A DNA stretch of 63,861 nucleotides, filler included, from Nemertoderma westbladi (lineage: Eukaryota > Animalia > Xenacoelomorpha): assembly GCA_032718475.1 (NCBI GenBank). It is 4 parts of 4 records of this genome, joined end to end, with 100 filler letters (N's around TTAATTAATTAA, not from the genome) between each part and the next. Parts side by side here need not be neighbours in the genome. Positions count along the whole stretch, not along the records: positions 1 to 29,324 come from JAUCBJ010008686.1; 3 more parts are not named here. One strand, 5' to 3'. Of this stretch, positions 12,436-21,710 are shown one piece after another. The stretch's first letter is position 1, and every line of letters starts with the position of its first letter. The position numbers and the translations under genes are program-made. The notes below the pieces were generated by a model that was given only the letters and a program-made list of their open reading frames with translations, made no database searches and had not been told where the DNA came from.

Positions 12436-13482
12436 TTAGTCTTTCTTGCGCGGACGGCGTTTACGCAGTTTTTTAAAGCTAGCAAGAGTCCCTCTCTCTT
12501 TGGGGCGAGCCACTTTACGAGGAGGGCTATAACTCCTGGGTGAAGGGTGCAATATGATTGCATCAGAAGGTATGGGATTGCGATCGGTATATCCGCCGGT
12601 CGAAGTACCGGGTTGATTGACATCAACGTCCGGGGAGAGGGGTCTAACGGCTTTGAGAGCTCGTTTCAAGACAGCCGCTCTTACAGGTCCTTTACGAGTG
12701 GTCTGAACGAGGGCCGTGGGTGGACCATAGGCAGTTAGAAACTTCCTTGGTTTAATGGCTCTTTCCAACTCGCGTTCGCGGGCTCTGTACTCGTAAGGCC
12801 GTCGATATACTTCCTGTAACTCAGGGTGTGAGTTGACAAATAAGTCTCCATAGGCCGGATCTTGACGGATAAAGTTTATTAAGTTATACGAATTGATGTC
12901 ACTCGGATTAATGCTCCTGAGGAATTTGCGTACATATTTGGTTGAAATACATTCTCCAACGCGCTTCAATAGTTCATAACTTGATAGGCGCGATTTCTGC
13001 TCGACGGAGGCAAACAAATATGGATGGAACGCATAAACTCCTTCGTAGGCGCGTCCAGGATAATAGCGATGGCGTGAATCACAATATAAATCAGTGTTCG
13101 CTTCCCAAGCTCTGATGTAACGTAGTGTGATCATTTCATCTACGCTTTCCAAATCGTGATTAAAAGGGCAATCGAAACTGGCATGTCCCTTTAGTTGACA
13201 ATGGTGACATTGAGTCATAAATTGAGGGCAAACGGCAAAAATGTGCAAATTATTAAATCTGCAATACGCGCAATAAATTTCCATCGCCGGTTGTTCGTGG
13301 AAATAGGAACAGCGGACGTTTGTGTCCATGGGCGTATCATGGTCTCTCGATGCGCATAACCGACAACGTTGCCGAGAAGCATAGTTGGCATGGCGATAAT
13401 CGTACGCAGTGAGACACTGTGGACCTTGATACCATAATCGTTGTCGCTGTTCCGAGCGCGATAGGCTGAATCTCCTCAGATT
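12436..13482 (-). CDS. Accessory ORF of the BEL element: multi zinc-knuckle protein with a basic C-terminus
   Basis: The listed 297-aa ORF (ATG at 13329) stays open for 51 more codons up to 13482. Motifs include CRLCASRDH, CAYCRFNNLHIFAVC and CHHCQLKGHASFDC (CX2CX4HX4C), with a C-terminal KKLRKRRPRKKD. Confidence 0.65.
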   Translation of the reverse strand, partial: NLRRFSLSRSEQRQRLWYQGPQCLTAYDYRHANYASRQRCRLCASRDHDTPMDTNVRCSYFHEQPAMEIYCAYCRFNNLHIFAVCPQFMTQCHHCQLKGHASFDCPFNHDLESVDEMITLRYIRAWEANTDLYCDSRHRYYPGRAYEGVYAFHPYLFASVEQKSRLSSYELLKRVGECISTKYVRKFLRSINPSDINSYNLINFIRQDPAYGDLFVNSHPELQEVYRRPYEYRARERELERAIKPRKFLTAYGPPTALVQTTRKGPVRAAVLKRALKAVRPLSPDVDVNQPGTSTGGYTDRNPIPSDAIILHPSPRSYSPPRKVARPKERGTLASFKKLRKRRPRKKD

Positions 13483-13874
13483 CTAGACATATTGGTTCGT
13501 CTTCCCAGTCTGTTACGAATAGAATTTTCGTGATCTATTCTCGGTTTATCGTTACGACGCCGCTGGGTATGATATTTAAATAGAACCATTTCCCTTTCGG
13601 TGTCTACATCGTCCGTATCATGTAAATTGATAGGATGGCCGGTAGTTAAGAAGTCCATATACGTACCATTACGATGCGTATAGCGAGCGGTTAATTTTCG
13701 ATAGTCCAATTCACGCGTAAGTTGTTCCTGGGACATCAGCGGTTCGATATAACGACCATCGTCCTCCGTAATAGTCGGATCGGCTTCACCGCGTATCAAG
13801 CTATCCACAAACGCTTGTAAAGGTAGAGTATATCGCTCTCTAATATCAAGGTCATCTTCTATCAATTCCGTCAT
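13476..13874 (-). CDS. Accessory ORF of the BEL element, 132 aa, unknown function
   Basis: ATG-initiated ORF with protein-like composition. Its last codons overlap the start of the downstream open frame in the -1 register. Confidence 0.5.
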   Translation of the reverse strand: MTELIEDDLDIRERYTLPLQAFVDSLIRGEADPTITEDDGRYIEPLMSQEQLTRELDYRKLTARYTHRNGTYMDFLTTGHPINLHDTDDVDTEREMVLFKYHTQRRRNDKPRIDHENSIRNRLGRRTNMSRI

Positions 13875-15492
13875 ATCTGCTATCTGAGTTTATTAATATC
13901 AATATGAGTTAATATTTTAGGTAAGCGGGCGTCGCTGCCTACTAGACTTTTGCCCCCGGACAGTGGGTTTCTCAGCGCCGATGTACCGCTGTCGCAGTGT
14001 TTACGCCAACATGTAGCAACAGCACGACAACGATAACCGGCACAAGTCCCACCACTGTCCGTCCCAAAGGCTTGAATCCACTTGAGGTTATCTCGGTAGA
14101 GTTAGGGCTATTTTACAATTGCGATTAGCTACTGTAAACACACTTTAGTAGTAACATTCACCTATAAACGCACAAATTCCATACAATCATTACTTACTGC
14201 ACACCTGCATGCCATTTGTCCGTTAGTCAGTGTCTTCCAGAATGTCACGTTATTACTATGTATCCTTGGATACTAATAGTGCGCTATGTATACTCTTATG
14301 CTACGCAATGGGGCAAGCCTTTTATTGTTACTTTAACTTGCTTCTAATTCTAGCGTGGGTGTTGCCATGGTGACATTATGGAAAACTAGCGGTAGAATTA
14401 GGGCAATTCTCATGTATACAGATCTGGGATGTTATTTAATAGTAATTCTTTAATTGTCAATATCCTCTTTATGCATGATTTTATAAATTTTATCGTCTAT
14501 TGACTATATGTTGGAGATTCTCGCACTCTAGTACACTCAATATGAATCTCCGCTCCCATGATCTATTAATTACTGGAATTTTGGGAATGTTATAAATTGC
14601 ACAAAATGACAATTTATGAAATTCATTTGAATATGAATTTAAATTTATTCCCGTGAATTTTATTATTTGATGTTAAATTGACACAAATTTTATTCCAGAG
14701 CATATCTGGGGACTTAGGATCCTTAATTCTATAAAAATAGTCCTTCTAAGAATATCGGTAAATACTGCGATATCTTAATTGACTAGAAATTTTAAAGGAT
14801 CGGGATTTTACAGATTTTAATAAATATTAAATTAATATTTTAGGATGGGCACCGATTTATTCCAGAACTTGTCTGGGGACGTTAACCACTGATTCTAGAA
14901 TTTGTCTTTCAAGTATATCGGGGGGTGCCACGATATCTTAATCGACTAGAATTACAGATGGTCAAAAGTTTAACAGCTTTATTTGCGATTTACGCTACTG
15001 TTAGAGGGACATCACGCTACTATATGTATTATTTGTTATAAGGTAGAAGAGCAATATCGCACGAAGCAATGTCAGTGTGAAGAGGCAAGTCGTTTCCAAG
15101 GTCTACCCAGAGCTTGGTTTAGCCGAGACACGAGGATCTGAACTTTGCATTCCTAATACTCTGCCTACCAATAATACTTAAATATAGTAGTGGCTTTATT
15201 GTACTTTAAGAAGTACTGACATGTCATCTTACTATAGTCTCGCATTTATAATATAATACGGACAGTAAGGAAAGAGAAAATAATTACTTCTTGCCGTCGC
15301 ACTAAATATATTATAAGTAATTACGTAATAAACACTAATATATTGCACTAATCTACTAAACATTCTAAAATAACATTTTACTAAATAAAATTAAATAAAA
15401 CGATTATAATAAAATTACATAATAATACATACATAAATATAAAATAAAAACAAATATAAAATGATATAGTCACACGCCCACTCCACATGCTA

Positions 15493-18400
15493 TCACGTTA
15501 TGGAGTCCCTAGATATTTGCCGGATTAGGGAAGTAGTCGTAGGAAGAGTATCTTGTCTTCCATAGTTTTTGGACAGTTTTCGGTCTCTTTCCAGTAAACA
15601 TAAACGACTAGCTGGGCGATTGAGTTGTTGTGTTACTTTCTCCGCTCCCTTGGCCTGTCTAATTTCTGCCGTGGTAAGATGAGGAGGCCATTTTTCTTCT
15701 TCTTTACTTAAGGAGTCGGATCCACCTAACCAGCCTGGAGTATCTATCAGTTCTTGAGGAGTTGCTCCTCTGGAAGCGATGTCGGCTGGATTAATCGTCC
15801 CAAGGCAATGTCTCCATTGATCTACATTGGAGTTAATATCGTCATTATCTGAGGAGTATGGTGTTCCCTCAGTTGGGTCGTCCACATCACTGCTCTCCAC
15901 TTCCCCCTTTACTTGGTATACCTGTTGTTGAGGTAATCTCTCTTTGAGAGTTCTACGGGAAGGGCCAGTGAAGTACCAACCTACTCTAGTTCTTACCGCA
16001 TAGGTTTGTAGTGGCTGTGGTTGAGCAGGCCGTTTCTCTAATGGCTCGAGCGCCTCATGCGCGTTTTGGCCGATGAGTATTTGCACTCCAGGATAATCGG
16101 TTTGGAATCGAGGTATCTCAAGATGTTGGATGCACTCGTCCTCGTCCCAGTTATAAAGGTCTGCTTGGGTAGTAGCGAAGTTCTTTATAGCCACCATTTT
16201 TACTGACCTTATACTTTGTGCTCCTAATTTATCCTGGGGGGTGGACAACTCACCTACATAGTAATCTGCCGTTAGGGTAGATTTCCAAACCGGCATAATT
16301 CCTGACATATTCAATTTAGTCCGGAACTTGGGTTGTCCAGCAAAGATATCTTCGGCTAGTTCTTGATCGATGAATGTTCCTGTGCTGCCGGAGTCAAGTA
16401 GGGCGTTCACTATGTAACTCTTGTTGAGACCATGAACTCTTACCTGAACTACAGGAAATTCTCTGATTCCTACGTTGGAAGCTGGAGCTTTCCAAGATGG
16501 TTGTTTGGCGAAAGTAGTTTGGGGAAACTCATCGTTGATGTCTTTTTCGTAAGTAAGTGCTCGATACACTGCGGTATTTATTAGATAACAGGATTCGTTG
16601 GCATCGGAGAATTCGTCTGTATAGAATCCTTCCCACTCAGAACCTTGGTCAGTGTCGTTCACATCACTGAATTGGACATGTAGTTCGGGCTCACTTACCT
16701 GACTCGGGTTGTCTCGTTCGAACTCACTGTGTAACAAGATGTGATGTTTCGCGCCACACTTTGCACACTTTACGTCGGAGTAACAGGTTCGCCGTTGGTG
16801 TCCTGATCTGAGGCAATTATAGCATAACCGCTTATTCCACAGGACTGTACGTCTGTCTACAGGGGATTTCTTTAGAAATTCAGCACACGCACTCAAACGG
16901 TGGGGCCCGTCGCACAGCGCACATTTTGGTTTGATGTCACTCACCTTACCTTGGGTAACGTTATGCACTCTCGTTCTTTCTTCGGGCTTTCTTCCGTGAA
17001 TTCTCTTAGGAGACGTAGGAGGAGTTGTTGTTACCTGTTCTCTCCTGTCACTGATTCGAGACTTGTATTTACTTACGTCTTTATAGGTCTTGTTGTCATA
17101 GTAAGATTTTGCTGTGTCTTTCCCGCTGTCCTCTTCTTGAGAAGCTTGGCTTTCGCCGTCGTCAGTATAACACACTGGTATTATCCTTCTCCTAGAAACG
17201 GGTTTCTCACTTACCTTATTTTCCGATGTTTTCTCTCTGGACTGCCTTATGAGTTGTAATTTTACTTCACTATCTAAGAAGGACATGAGATCAGCCATGG
17301 TAGGACTTCGTCGTTGTTGTTCATTCATGTACAACACTTTCTTGTCCCAGCGTGTACATACTCCGCCCTTTGGTAAGGTAGAGACTACGGCTCCAATAAC
17401 CATGGAACTCTGATATTCATGCGACTTACCTAACCAGTCCAGTTGTCTACAGATCTCTTGAATCTCATCGGAAAACTCTATAATCCCGCTACTAAGGAAG
17501 TGTCGGGGGGCTACTAATTTTGCATACAAATACTTAGCTATGTTATCCTTGTTACCATACCTGATGTTTAATGTATCCCAAACTTGTCTTAATCCATCTG
17601 GATGTCCAATAAACTTTAACGCCATTAACTTGGGAGGTCCTTCCAAGCACTTGATGAGGAATCTAAGTTTCTCTCCGTTAGATAGTACAGAGTTCTGTAT
17701 GCTATCTTTGTAATATTCGTTGAAAGGTAACCATTTCATCTCATCTCCATTGAATTTGACGATCTCTCCCACTTTGACCGCTTGGCGGGCTTCTGTTCTA
17801 GCCATCTGACGCGTAAAGCTTTCTTGGGCCATCGTGTTATTTAATATCGAATTATCGGTATATAAATTTCTCGGATCATTATCAGGTCTATAGGGAATAT
17901 CATTAATAACAGGTCTATAATCACCCTTAATAGGGTTTGCTATAGGAGTTTCAACTTCACTAGCAGTATAGATGCGTGTAGGCTCCACACCTTGCGCATG
18001 TAATACTTCAGACCTAACAGGTTGACACAATGTTACAGGGGGTATTGGTATGCCCTTTTGTATATTGACTAATTTGTCGCGTTCTAGCGCGATACTTTGC
18101 TGCACTTCTTGCAACTCTGCTCTACCTTCCCTCACTGTTCCCTTAAGTTGGTGGACAGTCTCCTGCATCTGTCCTAGCAGGAGATTCATCCCCCGCCGTC
18201 CCTCTTCCACCCACTCAACCGCCGAAGCGGGAGTCGCCAACATAGTAGCGGGCTGACGCGGGACGACGGGAGACAAATTTTTGATTTCTCTCTCTGCTAT
18301 CTGGACAGGGATATTCTCTTGGACTGCTCCACCGGGTACAGGCAGTGTAGTACTATGTAAAGGGAATTTAGAGTTAAGCTCTGGAAGTACAGGGGTCTCT

Positions 18401-19644
18401 AACACAGAAGTGATTTTGGGAACGACAGGCCTAATTATCTCAGGCTCATCAACTATTGTAGGGAGTCTTTGAACCTTAATACTTTGGGCTGTAGGTTCTG
18501 TACTACCTAAGTCTGTGCTAGCTAGTTGTCTTCTGACAGCTGGGGGCAAATCAGGCAGTTTATGACGGTGAGATGTTTTTCTACGCCTGCTTAGACGAGA
18601 TCTATTTCCTCCGCCTTCGGGATCGGTGGTTTCGCTTTCCTCCGATGATGTGTATCCTTGGCGTTTTGGAGTAGATCGTCTCATCCTCTGCATTCGACTA
18701 GCAGTTAGATGTTTATTTATGTAGTCTTGCGTCTCTTGCAGATTTTCCAACTCCAGTTGGGCAGTCTCCTCAGACGCTCTCCGTTCTGCTTCTGCCACTG
18801 CCTTTGCCATTGCCGCTGCCGCCTTTCTTTCTGCTTCTGCTACCGCTGCCTTTCCTTTTGCTTCTACATCCGCTGCCTTTCTTTCTGCTTCTACTTCTGC
18901 CGCCGCCTCTGCTGCTTCTGCTTCTGCCGCCTTTACTGCTGCTGCCTTTCGGTTCTCTATCTGTTTTTTCTTTATTTGTTCTTCTTGGACTCTAACGAGG
19001 CGGAGTTTTTCATCACGTTTAGCTTGTTCTGCAGCTAACATTTCCGCATCGATTGCGTCCAACACAAGCTTGGTTCCTTCACTATTAGGGCGAAGTCCAG
19101 ACAGTCGTCTCCTCAACTCTTCGTCTCCTATGAATCGCTGATAGTCTGACAGATATATGTCAATGGCGTCTCTAGTTCGCAGCTTCTCTGCGGCCGTTAA
19201 TTCGCTTTCCACTTCGCTTTCCACTTGAGAAGAAGTGGCGTCGGCTGATTCTTCATAGGTTGGCCGCTCATCATAAACCGTATCCGCCATCTTCGCTCCG
19301 CGTTCGGGTGTCCGCTCAGCAGTGTCCGAACTACTGGAGCTATCGGGACGCTGAGAACTAGGTTCTTGGCTAGGATGTTGCTGCGGTTTGACAGCTGCTT
19401 CTTGATCCCGCTTGACTTGGGCGCAAGTGCCGATGATAGACCTACGCTGTTCTACTAGCCTAGGGTCTGACACTACTACTGTAGGGGTGGCCTTTCTTTC
19501 AATAGTAGGTGACTTAGACTTGGATCTGGGATGTTCTATACTTTGATCTTGGTCACAGATCCTTTTAATACGCTGTCTAAGTCTAATACTCATTCTAACA
19601 CTTTCTAAGACACTATCTGACAGTGATTGGGTTGCGTCTGACAT
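15493..19644 (-). CDS. BEL/Pao Gag-protease polyprotein with internally deleted pol
   Basis: 1383 aa. Contains a coiled-coil N-terminus, a BEL Gag core (KFNGDEMKWLPF..EKLRFLIKCLEG..LNIRYGN), three knuckles (CALCDGPHRLSAC, CYNCLRSGHQRRTC, CAKCGAKHHILLH) and the protease ALLDSGS..ILIG..RTRVGWYFTGP. After that there is only the RNase H tail WRHCLGTINPADIASRG..WP and the Pol terminus RPASRLCLLE. No YxDD or integrase motifs. Confidence 0.9.
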   Translation of the reverse strand: MSDATQSLSDSVLESVRMSIRLRQRIKRICDQDQSIEHPRSKSKSPTIERKATPTVVVSDPRLVEQRRSIIGTCAQVKRDQEAAVKPQQHPSQEPSSQRPDSSSSSDTAERTPERGAKMADTVYDERPTYEESADATSSQVESEVESELTAAEKLRTRDAIDIYLSDYQRFIGDEELRRRLSGLRPNSEGTKLVLDAIDAEMLAAEQAKRDEKLRLVRVQEEQIKKKQIENRKAAAVKAAEAEAAEAAAEVEAERKAADVEAKGKAAVAEAERKAAAAMAKAVAEAERRASEETAQLELENLQETQDYINKHLTASRMQRMRRSTPKRQGYTSSEESETTDPEGGGNRSRLSRRRKTSHRHKLPDLPPAVRRQLASTDLGSTEPTAQSIKVQRLPTIVDEPEIIRPVVPKITSVLETPVLPELNSKFPLHSTTLPVPGGAVQENIPVQIAEREIKNLSPVVPRQPATMLATPASAVEWVEEGRRGMNLLLGQMQETVHQLKGTVREGRAELQEVQQSIALERDKLVNIQKGIPIPPVTLCQPVRSEVLHAQGVEPTRIYTASEVETPIANPIKGDYRPVINDIPYRPDNDPRNLYTDNSILNNTMAQESFTRQMARTEARQAVKVGEIVKFNGDEMKWLPFNEYYKDSIQNSVLSNGEKLRFLIKCLEGPPKLMALKFIGHPDGLRQVWDTLNIRYGNKDNIAKYLYAKLVAPRHFLSSGIIEFSDEIQEICRQLDWLGKSHEYQSSMVIGAVVSTLPKGGVCTRWDKKVLYMNEQQRRSPTMADLMSFLDSEVKLQLIRQSREKTSENKVSEKPVSRRRIIPVCYTDDGESQASQEEDSGKDTAKSYYDNKTYKDVSKYKSRISDRREQVTTTPPTSPKRIHGRKPEERTRVHNVTQGKVSDIKPKCALCDGPHRLSACAEFLKKSPVDRRTVLWNKRLCYNCLRSGHQRRTCYSDVKCAKCGAKHHILLHSEFERDNPSQVSEPELHVQFSDVNDTDQGSEWEGFYTDEFSDANESCYLINTAVYRALTYEKDINDEFPQTTFAKQPSWKAPASNVGIREFPVVQVRVHGLNKSYIVNALLDSGSTGTFIDQELAEDIFAGQPKFRTKLNMSGIMPVWKSTLTADYYVGELSTPQDKLGAQSIRSVKMVAIKNFATTQADLYNWDEDECIQHLEIPRFQTDYPGVQILIGQNAHEALEPLEKRPAQPQPLQTYAVRTRVGWYFTGPSRRTLKERLPQQQVYQVKGEVESSDVDDPTEGTPYSSDNDDINSNVDQWRHCLGTINPADIASRGATPQELIDTPGWLGGSDSLSKEEEKWPPHLTTAEIRQAKGAEKVTQQLNRPASRLCLLERDRKLSKNYGRQDTLPTTTSLIRQISRDSIT

Positions 19645-20892
19645 GTTTGTTTACACAGTTGAATGCCTACGGCTATAAATACAGTCAAAGTAAGTCTAGT
19701 AATTCAGTATCACCGTTAGCCTAACAATTAATTACCGATACTGCTACTCAGTGTAGCGTGATATATATATAATATATTAGAATACCGGTATGCTTATAGT
19801 ATATATATAAGTATTAGTACAGACTAGATTTGTCACAGAGTACCGGTATATAATTTTAGCACAAATATATATAAATATATATAATAAGCCTATGGTAAGT
19901 ACCGGTATGTCAATTATTTTTTAGAATAATTGAATTTCTGAATATTTTAGGGTTACTTGGTTACTTTAACTTACTTTATTACCGTTATTTAAGCAGTAGT
20001 CCAACTGATAGTGAGACCTAGTTGTTGTATGGCAGGCCTATTATTTATAAATCGTTTGATTTGATTTATAATATTTATATACCCGTTTATATGGGTTTTT
20101 GTCAATATTTGAAATAAATGTTATTATTTCTGGGGGAGTCACTACACAGAAGCTGTACGCTCTCAGTGAAGTGCTATTTATGGGACACTAAAACAGATAA
20201 TTCTAATTTACCTAAGTTACTTAATACTACAAATTACTTACGATACGGGTGAGATTAAATCTCTAGTTAAACACAACAAAAATATTACGTACGAAATTTT
20301 TAGGGTAATTTTACAGGAAGTCTACAAACCAGCCTAACAAAGGGTTAGAATTCTGGTTATTACAACGGACAGGGTACTACGGTATTTGAAATAATAAGTA
20401 GTAGTAAATATACTGTACTGTCCAGATAGGAAAATACCACCGCCTGACGACCTATAACCGTATCGCTATAGGTACTACGTTATGTATCACGGATTGTTCC
20501 TACCCAGAAGCTAATAGAGCTAACGAATGTGCCTATCAACCACTTTACAACACAAATATACTGCCTACACTAATTACTTCGGAAAGCACTGTACACTAAA
20601 CCCTAAATTAGGTACAAGTACCGGTATAACAAATAATCAGTAGTTAAATATACTTGAACAGTTAAAAGAACCACGGCATCTGCTGGAGTGACCGAAGCAC
20701 AAAGTCGTCAGTCTTTACCTACGCCAAGCAGCCCTGATGTAGTACCGGGGTTAGTTTAACTATAACGGTATGTATAACAAGCACAATTACTGTAGGAATA
20801 AACTTGGGGACATGAATGTTGCGAATAATCGCATAAACTCTGAATAATAAATATTACGCTACCCGTACAGAATACTCAAACAAATACAAACC

Positions 20893-21420
20893 AAACGCTG
20901 GCAGACTACTATTAAGCCTAAACAAACTACAGTATGTGCAGATTCTGAAACTGTTAGTTAGTATGCGTTCTAACACGGTAGTACGACTTACTCTTTAAGA
21001 GGGGATTGACCTTACCGCTTATGGCTGCCCCAACTTACTAACGGCACTTGATCAGACCAACTCTACACACGCAGCAATCCCTTCAGACCCAAAAATAGCC
21101 AGACAACAATCCAGCCTACAAATATTTGAGTAATAACTATTACGGTACCTGAACAGACCACACAAACAAACACAGGCTAAAACACTGGCAGACTACGATC
21201 AAGCCTAAATAAACTACAGTATATGCAGACTCTGAAACTGTTAGTTAGTATGCGTTCTAACACGGTAGTACGACTTATTCTTTAAGAGGGGATTGACCTT
21301 ACCGCATATGGCTGCCCCAACTTACTAACGGCACTTTATCAGACAAACTCTACACACGCCGTAATCTCTCCAAACTCAACAACAGTCAGACAGCAGCTCA
21401 GCCTACAATTATCTGAACAA
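20893..21420. repeat. Tandem ~287-bp duplication in the BEL 5' leader
   Basis: CTGAAACTGTTAGTTAGTATGCGTTCTAACACGG occurs at 20945 and 21232 with flanking similarity. Confidence 0.85.
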
Positions 21421-21697
21421 TCTGAGCAGGGTCACACGCCTTCTGCTCAATATTAGCCTACTAGGAAATAAAACCGACAGAAATAGGTAAAATCTCAATA
21501 AAAATTCAGGGCTGCAGTCCCTGATTAAGTACTAAGACCTACCAGTATACAATAATCAAATCGAATAATACTAAATGTACTTGTACAGCAGTACCGGTAC
21601 CGGTGATGACAGTTAGGCCTACTGACCTACAAAGTACCGGTTCAGTTTTACCAGTCACTACGGTATTTTGCAACCTTATTGCCTACTGCAATAAGAT

Positions 21698-21710
21698 TAT
21701 AAACTGTTAC
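21698..21710 (-). promoter_or_regulatory. Atypical primer-binding site, complementary to an LTR-internal 13-mer (candidate self-priming PBS)
   Basis: Sense GTAACAGTTTATA lies directly after the 5' LTR end. Sense TATAAACTGTTAC lies at 22475-22463 inside the LTR. There is no TGG tRNA-type PBS. Confidence 0.65.

Noticed and set aside
12436-13874. env gene in the BEL element
   Set aside because: No signal peptide, transmembrane segment or fusion-protein features are apparent, and the protein is basic with zinc knuckles.
16900-19038. Plus-strand ORFs antisense to Gag
   Set aside because: They are low-complexity shadows of the Ala/Glu/Lys-rich coding strand.
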